The notes below the pieces were generated by a model. That model saw only the letters and a program-made list of their open reading frames with translations. It had not been told where the DNA came from and did not search any database. A program made the translations under genes and the position numbers. 64,000 bases of DNA from an uncultured Planctomycetota bacterium (GTDB lineage: Bacteria > Planctomycetota > Planctomycetia > Gemmatales > Gemmataceae). Location: positions 416,001 to 480,000 of the forward strand of contig CAWKHF010000007.1 of assembly GCA_963849325.1 (NCBI GenBank), read 5' to 3'. Below, one piece after another: positions 21,248 to 32,615 of this stretch; positions within the stretch are counted from its first letter, which is position 1; every line of letters starts with the position of its first letter.

Positions 21248-23365
21248 CTAGCGGCCGCCCGGCGGTACGTACTTCTTCAGCCAGGCAAAGACCTCCTTGT
21301 GCCAGAATTCGCTGTTTTTCGGCTTGAGCACCCAATGCCCTTCATCGGGGAAGTTGATGAATTTCGCCGGCACGCCCAGGCGCTGCAGCGTGGTGAACAG
21401 CTCGTGTCCCTGACTGACGGGGACGCGAAAATCGAGATCGTTGTGGATAATGAGCATCGGCGTCTGGAAGTTCTTGGCATAGCGGTGCGGCGAGAATTTC
21501 TCATAGGAATGGCGGTTCTTGCCCCACGGTGGGCCGCCGTGCTCCCACTCGTCGAACCATAGTTCTTCGGTCAGGGCGTACATGCTATCGAAGTTGAAGA
21601 CGCCGCAGTGCGTGATGAGCGTCTGGAAGCGCGTCGTGTGGCCCTGGAACCAGTCCATCATGTAGCCGCCGAACGAGGCGCCGGCCGCGGCCATGCGCTT
21701 CTTGTCGATGTACGGCAGCTTCTCCAGGTAATCGACGCCTTTCATGAGGTCATCGAAGCACTTGCCGCCCCAATCGCCGCTGATCTCATCGACGAACTTC
21801 TGGCCGAAGCCGGTACTGCCGCGCGGATTGGGTAACGCCACGACGTAGCCTTGCGCCGCCCACAGCTCGGGGTTCCAGCGATAGCTCCAGCCGTCCTCCC
21901 AGGCGCCTTGCGGGCCGCCGTGAACGAGGTAGACGAGCGGCCATTTCTTATCGGGATCGAAGCCCGGCGGTTTCAGGATCCACATCTGCATCTCGCCGCC
22001 CTCGACCTTGACTTTGACACTCTCGGGGCGCGGCAGGTCAAGTTCGGCGAGGAGCGAAGCATCGGTGTGCAGAATTGTGTTCATTGCTGTGACATAGCCT
22101 TCCGACTCCTTTTCCTTCCGTATATAGCTCTGAAGAGTGTTCGGGTGGTTCAGCGCGGCATTCGTGCAAGCATAGCCGTGGCCGTCATTGCTCGTTGAAG
22201 GCGATCCATACGTTCCATCCGACCACAACTTCTTAACCGAGTTCTTCTCCCCGGCATCCAGCGAAACGGTGAATATCGGCCGCGAACCTTCGTCATCGGC
22301 AATGAGATAGAAGCGGTCGTTCCCGTCCCAGCAAAACTCATCGACCGCATGATCGAAGTGCTGCGTCAGACTGCGCGGCTTGCTGCGCCATGTTCCACTC
22401 GGATCGGTCGGAACGGCCTTCAACTCCCACTTGTCCGCCTCGAAGCCGGCCCGCTTCTGCGCTCGATACGCCAGCATTTTGCCATCCGGCGAGAACACCG
22501 GGCCGCTATCGGCCGCTTCGTTGTCCTTCGTCAGTGTTTCCCACTCCTTGCCGTTGCCGTTGATCGGCACGCGGCAAATGTCGTAGTTCGTGCTCCACGC
22601 CTCATCCTTCGCCGGCACTGCCGTGAAAACGAGATATTTACCGTCCGGAGAGAAGGTAAAGTTATCGCCGGTGCTGAAGGTGTTGGAGGTCGGATAAGCA
22701 TCGCGGTCGCCGGGCGTCACGTCCTTCGGTTCGCCGCCTTCGGCACTCATGACAAAAAGATGCTGTCGCTTGTCCTCGACGTAGCTATCCCAGTGACGGT
22801 AGAACAGCCGCGTGTGGACCTTCGCTTTTACCGGGTTCTTCTCGATTTCCTCCTTGCGTTTCTTGTTGAGGGCGTCGCTCTCCTTGAAGGGCTTGTCCGA
22901 GTATTCGGGATAGACCGCCGACACAAAGGCGATGCGTTGACCGTCGCGCGACCAGATGCCTCCCGACGCCTCCGTGCTGATTTTCGTCAATTGCCGGGCC
23001 TCGCCGCCGCCGATGTCGATGATCCACAGCTGATTGTCGCCGGAGCGATTGGACTCGAAGAGGATGCGTTTGCTGTCGGGACTCCAGCGCGGATGACGAT
23101 CTTTTTTGGTGGTATTGGTGAGCTGACGCAACTCGACCTTTTCGGTGCCAGTCAGCCACAATGAAGAGGAAGTTTTGTTGCCGTCGAGATCGACGGTGGT
23201 GGCGACGTAGACGACGAACTTGCCGTCGGGGCTGATTTGCGGATCGCTGACGCGCTGGAAGCGGAACAGGTCATCGATCCGCATGGGCCGTTTGCCATCG
23301 GCGAAAACGGCGGCCGGCGCGGCCAACAGAAGCAGAAAAACACACAGGACGGCGGAGCGTTCCAT
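21248..23365 (-). CDS. S9 family (prolyl oligopeptidase / dipeptidyl aminopeptidase) exported peptidase
   Basis: Signal peptide, PD40/WD40-like repeats, VHGGPQ, GASFGG, DFRVP, DEGHW. Confidence 0.93.
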   Translation of the reverse strand: MERSAVLCVFLLLLAAPAAVFADGKRPMRIDDLFRFQRVSDPQISPDGKFVVYVATTVDLDGNKTSSSLWLTGTEKVELRQLTNTTKKDRHPRWSPDSKRILFESNRSGDNQLWIIDIGGGEARQLTKISTEASGGIWSRDGQRIAFVSAVYPEYSDKPFKESDALNKKRKEEIEKNPVKAKVHTRLFYRHWDSYVEDKRQHLFVMSAEGGEPKDVTPGDRDAYPTSNTFSTGDNFTFSPDGKYLVFTAVPAKDEAWSTNYDICRVPINGNGKEWETLTKDNEAADSGPVFSPDGKMLAYRAQKRAGFEADKWELKAVPTDPSGTWRSKPRSLTQHFDHAVDEFCWDGNDRFYLIADDEGSRPIFTVSLDAGEKNSVKKLWSDGTYGSPSTSNDGHGYACTNAALNHPNTLQSYIRKEKESEGYVTAMNTILHTDASLLAELDLPRPESVKVKVEGGEMQMWILKPPGFDPDKKWPLVYLVHGGPQGAWEDGWSYRWNPELWAAQGYVVALPNPRGSTGFGQKFVDEISGDWGGKCFDDLMKGVDYLEKLPYIDKKRMAAAGASFGGYMMDWFQGHTTRFQTLITHCGVFNFDSMYALTEELWFDEWEHGGPPWGKNRHSYEKFSPHRYAKNFQTPMLIIHNDLDFRVPVSQGHELFTTLQRLGVPAKFINFPDEGHWVLKPKNSEFWHKEVFAWLKKYVPPGGR

Positions 23366-23484
23366 GAAATCCCCTTCGTCAAAAGCATTCCCGGATGCGT
23401 GCCGCTCGCCGTCTGGCGATTATCCCGGACGGCACTTCCCCTACATTGACGAGGAGGCATCGCGGACGCAAGGGAGTAATCGCC

Positions 23485-23947
23485 ATGATAAAGACGAAAC
23501 GCTGGGACGAGCCGCGCGAAGCCGACGACGGCTTCCGCCTGCTGATCTGTCGTTATCGCCCGCGCGCCCTGCCGAAGAAGAAGGAGACGTGGGATCTGTG
23601 GTGGAGCCAGCTCGGTCCCAGCAAGGAACTGCACGCCGCCTTCTACGGCAAACACGGACAGACGCCGATCACCTGGGAGGAATACCGCCGACGTTATCTG
23701 GAGGAAATGCAGGGAGAAAAGCAACAGGAGAGCATCGCCATCCTGGCCGAGAAGATTCGCGGGCATGACGCTGACGCTGCTGTGTTCGTCGGCCTGCACC
23801 GATGCGGCGCACTGTCACCGTTCGTTGTTGAAACAACTGATCGAGAACGAGGTAGGCCGCCTGCCGCAGCGGTTGGATGGACTCGGGGGTATACTATCCA
23901 AGGAGAGCAAATCCATCGACACGAAGGAGACACGCTATGACAGCTAA
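23485..23947 (+). CDS. DUF488/YeaO family protein (frameshift ~23765)
   Basis: DDGFRLLICRYRPR, LGPSKEL, RYLEEM, TLLC...HCHR. Confidence 0.8.
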
Positions 23948-24149
23948 CTATACCGCCGTGGTGCAACAAGATGGCGAATGGTGGATTGGCTGGGTCGAGG
24001 AGGTTCCTGGAGTCAATTCGCAAGGAAGTACCCGGGAAGAGTTACTGGAGAACCTCCGCGATGCTCTGGACGAAGCGCTGGAAATGAACCGAGCGGAGGC
24101 ACGAGCGGCCGCGAGCGGTACCTTCGAGGAGGTGAGCCTTCGCGCGTGA
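23937..24149 (+). CDS. hicB: HicB-family antitoxin (short form, no C-terminal DNA-binding domain)
   Basis: YTAVVQQDGEWWIGWVEEVPGVNSQGSTREE; RBS AAGGAG. Confidence 0.88.
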   Translation: MTANYTAVVQQDGEWWIGWVEEVPGVNSQGSTREELLENLRDALDEALEMNRAEARAAASGTFEEVSLRA

Positions 24150-24331
24150 AACGGCACGAAGTGATCGAACACCTTCGCCGACACGGATGCGTCTTCGTCC
24201 GCGAGGGCCGACGCCATTCGTGGTGGGGAAATCCGGCGAACAACCGCCGTTCGACCGTTCCGCGACACGCCGAAATACCCGATCGGCTCGTCCGCAAGAT
24301 TTGTCGTGATCTTGGGATCGCAGCGCCTTGA
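24146..24331 (+). CDS. hicA: HicA-family mRNA interferase toxin
   Basis: GTG start overlapping the hicB TGA; LRRHGCVFVREGRRHSWW, TVPRHAEI, KICRDLGI. Confidence 0.88.
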   Translation: MKRHEVIEHLRRHGCVFVREGRRHSWWGNPANNRRSTVPRHAEIPDRLVRKICRDLGIAAP

Positions 24332-24343
24332 AGAGCGGCGCGG

Positions 24344-26385
24344 TCACGGCGCCTTCTTGACCTCTACCGGCACAACTTCTCCCCTGAGATGTTTCGGATC
24401 GGTGACGAGGAGGTCGGAGGCTTGGACACCTTGCACAATTTCCACTTCGTCCGCACCGATGTGGCCCATCGTTACGGGGGTCCGATGCGCTTTCCCATCG
24501 CGGACCACATACACTCCTCCTTTCCAAGAAATGCTCCGTCCCACTACTTCCTGTATCAGCTCGTACAAGCACGATCTCGGCGCCACCACGGTGCCCATCG
24601 GGACTTTCTGGAAGTGGATCGTGACCTTGGCATCCATCCCCGGCAGAAGGCGGCCCTCGGCATTGGGCACGTCGATTTCCACCCGCATGGTCCGATCCTC
24701 GCGGTCGAGAACGGGGCTGAAGCGCGTCACCCTCAAGCCGCTGATGCGACCGCTCGTTTGGGAGTATAGCTCGACCGGATCGCCGCGCGACAGCCGCCCA
24801 GCGTATTCGCCGGGCAGTTGAAGCCACAGACGCACCGGATCAACGCTTTGCACCGTCACCAGCGGTACCAGCAAGCGCGAATCGCTGACCTGGACGAAGT
24901 TGCCGGGATCGGCGGTTCGCCGCGTTACCACGCCATCGAAGGCGGCTGTCAGGCGCATGGAACTCTCCTGGATGCGCGCCTTGTCCAGCGCTGCCTGAGT
25001 CATTTCTGCGTTGGCCTTGGCCGCCTTCACGGCCGCCCTGGCCTGAGCGAATTTGCCCTTCTTGACCTTCACGTCGGCTTTGGCGGCGGCGATCAGGCCA
25101 AGGGGTCTGCGCCTGTGGACTGCTCTAACCTTTTGAGACTGGCTTCGGCGGACTCCACGTCGGTCTGGGCCATGACGGCCTGCGCCTCGGCTTCCTCGAC
25201 CTGCGCCTGGGCCATCTGCAAGGCAGCCTTGGCCTGCGTCACTTCCGTGCTCAGCAGCGGCGCATCGAGGACGACCAGCGTTTGTCCCTTCTTTACGCGA
25301 TCGCCAATGTCCACATTGACTTCCTTGATGGTCCCGGAAATCATCGGCACGAGCTGTTGTTGCCGCGCCGCCACGACGGAGGCCGAACCTACTGCCTCTT
25401 GGATGAGTCCGCGCCCTGCCGGCTTGACCACGCGCACGGCGATCGGCTTCGCATCCGGCTTGCGCGGGGCTTCCGGTTTAGGTGGAGGAGCTTCCGCTTT
25501 CGTTTCCGGTTGCGGAGCTGCCGTCAGAGCATGAGTCAGTACGCCGCCGGCCGCCAGAACGCCGGTGACGAACAACACCAACACCGCCATCTTGATTTTG
25601 GTCACGAACATGGTCCTCAACACTCCTTCCGCCAACGCCGCCGCGCGGGGCGAAATCGGCCCACCCGACGACAATCCGGCAAATGACCGCGCTGCCCGAA
25701 CGGCGCCCCGCATCAGAGAGATGGCTGGAGTCGCTTCCGCCGCGCGCTGTCCCAGTGCCGTCATCAGCGCCGCCGCCGGCAACATCACGCCGCGACGTAC
25801 CAAGCGCCGACGCAGCATGTCGCGTCCGCGCGACAACCGCGAGTAAATCGTGCCGGGACGACAACCCAGCTCCCGCGCCGCTTCCTCGTTGGTCTTTCCT
25901 TCCAGATAGCACAGCACGAACGGCCGCCGCAGCCGCTCGGGCAGACGATTCAGTTCTTCATCGAGGACCGGCCGCAGGTCATTCCAGATGGGATCAGGCG
26001 CCGATTGGATGGCCAGGATTTCGCCCCCGGACTTCTCCCGCGCCGCGATCTTGTCCGCCCGCGCTCGGGCTTCGAGGGCGGTGCGATAGGCGACCTTGTA
26101 CAGCCAACTGGAAACGGAGCCACGTCGGACGATGGCGTGCGCTTGTCGGACGAAGGCGAGAAAGGTGGCCTGGAAAGCGTCTTCGGCGTCGTGTTCGCGG
26201 GGCAGCAGACGGCGGCAGACGTTGAATACCAGTGTGCCGTGTCGCCACAGCAGCAACTCGAAGGCGGCTTCATCGCGGTGGCGGACGTAGCGCTCCAGCA
26301 GTTCGCCATCGCTCAGGCCGGCATCGTCGGCGCCGGCGATATGATGGAGGTAGCGAACGACATCGCTGAGTTTCCGCCGCGCCAT
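24344..26385 (-). CDS. ECF sigma-70 factor fused via a TM to an RND/HlyD periplasmic adaptor (MFP) domain, paralog 1 (frameshift ~25100)
   Basis: DAEDAFQATF, SWLYKVA, LPERLRRPFVLCYLEG, SRLSRGR; TM; then SGTIKEVNVDIGDRVKKGQ, AAFDGVVTRR, EIDVPN...LLPGM. Confidence 0.85.
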
Positions 26386-26439
26386 GATCTGTCCTCTCGC
26401 CGAATAGGTCCACGATTGGCGAAGCCGCACGCAGCGCGA

Positions 26440-28604
26440 TCATGGCGCCTTCTTGATCTCGACCGGCACGATCTCGCCCTCCAGGCCGCGCGGATCGACC
26501 ACGACGCGATCCTTGGCTTGCACGCCGGAGAGGATCTCCGACTTCCCTCCGCTCCTCGTACCTACCCGAACCGGCGTCAAGTGGGCCTTGCCGTCCCGGA
26601 TAACGTAAACGAAGTCGTGCTGCCTCGGCGGATCGCACAACAGGCACGAACTCGGCACCGTGACGGCGTTCGGCGAGGGCTTGGCGAGATGAAGTGTAAC
26701 GTGCAGGAACATGCCGGGCCGCAGGAGGTCCTTTGGATTGGGCACATCGATTTCCACCGGCATCGTGCTGGACTTTTCATCCAGGGCGAAGCCGATGCGC
26801 GACACTTTGCACGCGGGAAGTTGCACGTCGGGCAGCGCGCCGATCTGCAGATCGACCGGGACACCGGGGCGGACGAACGGGATCTCGTTTTCCGCAACCT
26901 CGGCCACGACCCGCACCGAGTCCGTCCGCTGAACGATCAACAAAGGTCGTCCCGAACCGGCATTGTTCGCCGAGAAGAAATTGCCGTCGTCGAAGTTCCG
27001 CCGCGTGACGACGCCGTCGAAGTTGGATCGAATCTGGGTGGACTCGACCTGGAGGCGGGCCTTGTCGAGGGCGAACCGAACCATCATCACGTTGGCCTTG
27101 GCGCTCTCCAGGGCCGCCCTGGCGCTTTCGACCTTACTTTCGGTGACCGCCACATCGGAGCGCGCGCTGGTCAGGGCGACTTCGGCTGACCCTAACTCTT
27201 CCTGGGCCGCTTCGCGCCGGTCCTCCTGCTCATCGACGAGTCGCGCGTCAATCGACCTCTCTTTAAGCAACTCCTTGTAGCGCTCGGCTTGCTTGGTGCG
27301 GAATGCCAGGTTGGCTTTACTGGACTTCACCTTGCCCTCAAACGCCTTGACGCGATCCGTGGCCGCCTTGACCTCGGCCGCCGCGGTGGCGACCCGTCCC
27401 TCCGCCTCCCGAACCTGTCCTCTCGCCAGCGCGACGGTAGCCTCAGCCTGCCGTGCCTCCACGAGCAGCAGCGGCGCATCAATCTCCGCCAAAAGATCGC
27501 CCTTTTTTACGCGGTCGCCGATGTCAACGAGCTGTCGTTTCAAGTACCCGGAGACAGCCGGATAGACCTGCTGCTGCGTGGCAGCTCGGACGTGGCCGGT
27601 GTACTGCGACGTTCGTTCCAGCCCTCCCGGCGTGGGCCGGACCACCTGCACGACCGTCTTCTTGGACTCGTCTTTCCGCGCAACCTCCGGCGGGACCGGC
27701 AGCGCCTGCTTCGGAGGCTCCGGCTGCGGGGCCGCCGTCAACGCTTGCCGGGTCACAGCGCCGCCCGCCGCCAGCAGTCCGACGACGAACAACACCAGCG
27801 CCGCCATCTTGATTTTGGTCACGAACATGGTCCTCAACACTCCTTCCGCCAATGCCGTCACTTGTATCGGGATACTGTCGCCGACCGCCCGTCCGCCCGC
27901 GAAGAGCAGGGCGGCCCGTGTCGTCGTCGCCAAGAGCGAAGCCGTCGGGACGGCCTCGGCCGCGCGCTGTCCCAGTGCCGTCATCAGGGCCGCCGCCGGC
28001 AGCATCACGCCACGACGCGAAAGCCGCCGACGCAGCATGTCGCGTCCGCGCGACAGCCGCGAGTAAATCGTGCCCGGACGACAACCGAGTTCGCGCGCCG
28101 CTTCGTCGTTCGTTTTTCCTTCGAGATAACAGAGCACGAACGGCCGCCGCAGCCGCTCGGGCAGACGATTCACTTCTTCGTCAAGGATGGGGCGCAAGTC
28201 ATTCCAGAGAGGATCAGCCGCGGGTTGAACGGCCAGGGCTTCACCGCCGGACTTCTCCCGCGCCGCGATCTTGTTCGCCCTCGCCCTGGCTTCGAGGGCA
28301 GTGCGGTAGGCAACCTTGTACAACCAGCTGGAGACGGAGCCGCCGCGGACGATGGCATGGGCCTGTGCACGAAAGCGAGGAAGGTGGCTTGAAAAGCGTC
28401 TTCGGCGTCGTGTTCGCGGTGCAGCAGGCGGCGGCAGACATTGAGCACCAAGGCGCCGTGCCGCCACAGGAGTAACTCGAAGGCAGCCTCGTCGCGATGG
28501 CGGACATAACGCTCCAGCAGCTCGGCATCGCTCAGACTGGCGCCGTCGTTGCCGACAAGCTGTTGGAGGTAGCGGACGACCGCGCTGAGCTTTCGCCGCG
28601 CCAT
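26440..28604 (-). CDS. ECF sigma-70 factor fused via a TM to an RND/HlyD periplasmic adaptor (MFP) domain, paralog 2 (frameshift ~28365)
   Basis: Same sigma motifs; VSGYL...VDIGDRVKKGDLLAEID, coiled coil, FDGVVTRR, LRPGM; sigma region 4 to MFP end is one uninterrupted ORF. Confidence 0.88.
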
Positions 28605-28699
28605 GATCTGTCCTCCCGTCGTTGCCCTCGCCTCTGTCCTTTATAGAGGGAACACACGCGGAGGTTCTTCCCCTTTTTTTCGGCGGATTGGGCCGATGG

Positions 28700-30200
28700 T
28701 CAGGTGGCGATCACTTCAAACAGATGATGACCCCACGCCGCCAGGTCCAGGTACAGACCGTGTGACACCATCTCGTTGCCGTCGCGCTCGTACTGCGCGG
28801 TGCTGAGCAGATCGCGCAGCAGCACGCGCTTGCCGCGCAGCTCGGCGAAGGGCAGCTCGACATAGCACTGTCCGCGCGCCGGGCCGAAGAGGATCGCCGC
28901 CAGCAGTCGTGGCCCCGGTCCCGGCTCCCAGCCGAAGGCGAGAAACTGATCCACGGTCGTGTTGCCCTCCCACGCCGGCCGACAGTTGTGCAGCGTCCAG
29001 CGGCCGTTGCGCAGCTGCGGACGCTTCAGGCATTCGAGCAGCTTGTCGTAAAACGCTTGCACGACGGGATCGACCGACTCGGCACGACGGCGAGCGAGGT
29101 GGATCGACGCATGCGCCCGCCGGCCCTCCAGCTGTCCCTCGTGAAAGAAGCGCAGGCCCGGCGTCAGGTACGTCAGCAGGGCGGCTGGTCTGTGGACCTC
29201 GGGCGGAAACACGGCCGCCGCTCGCTTCTCATCGTGGTTCTCCAGGAAGCGGGCGCAGCGATTCTGAAACGACAGCGGGGCGCTGAGGTGGGAACGCACG
29301 GGGCCGGCCTTCCGTTCGCGCAGCCGATCGTACAACCGTTTGTCGTAGGTGTACGTGAACCCTTGTTGCTGCAACACCCACTCCAGATCCCAGTACACCT
29401 CGGCCAATAACAGGAAATCGGGATGGCGGGAGCGCACCTCGGCGATGGCCTGCGGCCAGAACGGCTCATCGACGGCCGCGCTGTCGTCGGCCGGCCGGGC
29501 GGCGTCGCCCCACGTTTTCAGGAACACGTCGGGCAAGAGCAGCATGGCCATGTCGCAGCGCACGCCGTCGCAGCGGTCGGCGACGCCCGCCAGTTCGGCC
29601 CGCATGGCGGCACGCAGCCCGGCGTGACGGTAGTTGAGCTGCAGGGTATCCGGCCAACCGGGGAAGTACGGATCGCGGCCGTGGGCCAGGATCCGGGTGC
29701 GGTCACCGCTGAGGATGCGGCGCCAGTTGTGCGGCTCGCGCTTCAGGTCCGCCTCACGGCCGGACACGTAAAACTCGGGGTGCGCCTGCGTCCAGGAATG
29801 ATCGAGGGCGGTGTGATTGGGCACGAAGTCGAGCAGCAGACGCAGACCGCGTTGGTGCAGCCGTTGGCGGAGGCGGGCCAGCGCTTCGTCGCCCCCGAAA
29901 TCGCGGTGGACCGTGTACGCCTGGACCGCGAACGGCGAACCGCAGATGTCGTCTTCCGTCACGTCAGGCAGGTCTTGCGGATAGCCGCGCCGCCATTCCG
30001 GCAGCGTGCGCGAAACCTCCCGTCCGGCCGGGCCGGTCTGCCAGACGCCGAGCATCCAGACCACGTCGAAACCGAGTCGCACCAGGCGATCGAGCAGTGC
30101 GTCGGGGATGTCATCGAGGGTGGCCCGCGGCTCCGATCTCGCCCAGCAGGATGCGCGTGTTGATCTGGTACAGAGAGGGGCAAGGAGGCAGCGGGTTCAC
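28700..30200 (-). CDS. GH13 alpha-amylase family protein (frameshift ~30125)
   Basis: SLYQINTR, LDFVPNH, GVRCDMAML, LAEVYW, FLENHDE. Confidence 0.88.
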
Positions 30201-30441
30201 GAAGGACTCCGGCGAACGAAGTGCATGAGGTCCGGCATTGGGCGCGGCGCCTCCAGAGCTTCATATGCCGCCACGGTATCGCCGGCCAGTTCCTCTTCTT
30301 GGAGTCCCGCATCGGAGAGGAGGCCACTCGGCGAGCGGAGCAAACTGGTCTGGCATGACGGGGATTTCTTCGTATGATGCCGCCCCGGATGGGGGCTGGA
30401 CGTCCCGGCCCCCCTCAAGTCCACGGGATGGGCAATTCGCC

Positions 30442-32533
30442 ATGCAAGAGGCAATCTGGAAATCCCTCACGTCCCGGAAGGTAGTCCTGGGTTCCTCCAT
30501 CGCGCTCGTCCTGGCCGTCGTCGGCCTGTGGCTGGCCGACCCCGACGCTTTCCCGATCAAAGGCCCGGTCACGCAGGCGGAGCCGCCCAGTCCGGCGGCC
30601 GACGCCGGGCCGCCGCCATCCGAGGCCGTACGCCTCGCCCACTTGCAGCGCTCCCTCGATAACGACCGCAAGTACCTCGCCAGCCTCAACGCCCAGTTCA
30701 ACGACCCCGACAACGAATTCCATAAGGCCGAAAAACGGTTCCAGAAGGTCGATGCGGAGCTGGAGCAAGCGAAGCAGACGATCCAGCAACTCCGCAACGC
30801 GAACAAGATGGGCGAACTCACGGCTCGACAGGCTTCCTTCGCGGACCTCGCCGCGCTGGCAACAGAACCGCGATCGCTTCGACCTGGCCATCAAGGAACA
30901 CAAGGACCTCGAAGCGAGCATCGCCGCCCTGACGCGCAAGATCCAGGAGGACCAGCAAGAACTGGATCGACTCTCCGGCACCGGAGCGCTCGTTGCCCAA
31001 TCGCCCTCGGCCCCTTCCGCCGTCGGCAAGGGGGCCGCTTCAACCGCCCCGGCGGCGGCCGCTCCTCCGAAGTCGGCGCAAACGACCGCCATTGCCCCAT
31101 CGCTGCTGTCGCTGCCGGAGTCGCCGCTCGCCCTCGCTTCCTCGGCTGCGACGTCGGCCGCCCCCGCCGCGGGCAATGTCTCCCGCGAAGTCGAGCGGGC
31201 GCAGGAAGAGGCCAAGGCCAAGGAGGAAGAGGCGAAAAGAGCCGAGAACAAGGCGCAATCGCTCAGCCAGCGCATGAACGCCTTGCGCGACAACATCAGT
31301 CTGGCGAAGAAACTGCTGGAAACCGCGCGGCAGCGGGCCGACCACGAGCAGCAGACCAAGAACGCCCTGGACGCCGAGCTGCAACGGAAGGCCGCCGCCC
31401 ACGCGGCGGAGGCGGAGCTGAAGGACGTCTCGCGCCGCATCGACGCCGCCCAGCGGCGCTTTCAGGAAGCGCTGGCCGAGGTGCGCTCGACCACGGACCA
31501 CCTGCACGAATTGCAGAGCGAGCTGAACAACCTGCAAGCCGAGCAGATCGCCGCCTTGCACGAGGCCGACGCCAAGAAGCAGGCCGCCGACGCGGCCGAG
31601 GACAAGATCGCCCAGCTGCAAAACCCCTTCCGTCCGCGCAATATCGTGCATTGGCTGCTGCATCACGGCCCGCGCCTGGCCCTGATCGCCGTCGCCATGC
31701 TGGTCTTCGCGCGGCTGGCGCGCGTCCTCAGTCGCCGCGTGGTCCGCCTCATGGCCCAGTCCGGCACGGCCAAGCGCGGCAGCCATCAGGACCGTGAGAA
31801 CCGGGCGACAACCCTGGTCGGCGTCTTCAGCAGTGTGCTGTCGCTGCTCGCCCTCGGCGGCGGCTCGCTCATGATCCTCGATGAAGTCGGCATCCCGATC
31901 GTGCCCCTCATGGGCGGCGCCGCCGTGCTCGGCCTGGCCGTCGCCTTCGGCGCCCAGAACCTCATCAAGGACTACTTCTCCGGCTTCATGGTGCTCCTGG
32001 AGGACCAGTACGGCATCAACGACGTCGTGCGCATCGGCTCAATCTCCGGCCTGGTCGAGCACATTTCGCTGCGGACGACAGTGCTGCGCGATCTGGAGGG
32101 CGTCGTCCATTTCATCCCGCACGGCACCATTACGACGGTCAGCAATCTGACGCACGGCTGGTCGCGGGCGCTGTTCGATGTCGGCGTCGCCTACACGGAA
32201 AACATCGACCGTGTCATGCAAGTGCTTCTCGACATGGGGCGTGAGTTGCGCCAAGATCCGACGTTCGGGCCGCTCATCCTCGATGACCCGGAGATGCTGG
32301 GCGTCGATGAATTGGCCGATTCGTCGGTGGTCCTCAAGTTCTTCCTCAAGACGCGGCCTTTGCAGCAATGGACGGTCAAGCGCGAGATGCTGCGGCGCAT
32401 CAAGAATCGGTTCGACGAGTTGGGCATCGAGATCCCCTACCCGCAGCAGACGGTGCATCACCGCTACGGCACGCCGCCAGTGGGAGCGCCTGAGCCGGCC
32501 TACGCGCCGCCGTCCGCCAAGCGGGCAGGGTGA
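30442..32533 (+). CDS. MscS-family mechanosensitive channel with a long N-terminal coiled-coil extension (frameshift ~30850)
   Basis: GLAVAFGAQNLIKDYFSG, SLRTTVLRDLEG, IEIPYPQ; N-terminal TM followed by heptad-rich region. Confidence 0.88.
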
Positions 32534-32547
32534 AACGCATTTGTCTT

Positions 32548-32592
32548 GGCGAATGGGGGGTGCGGGCGGGACGCCCGCACCCCCCATTCGCC
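32548..32592. repeat. Perfect 21-bp hairpin (REP-like or terminator)
   Basis: GGCGAATGGGGGGTGCGGGCG-gga-CGCCCGCACCCCCCATTCGCC. Confidence 0.75.
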
Positions 32593-32615
32593 GAAGTTAT
32601 TCGTGGAGGTGCGTC

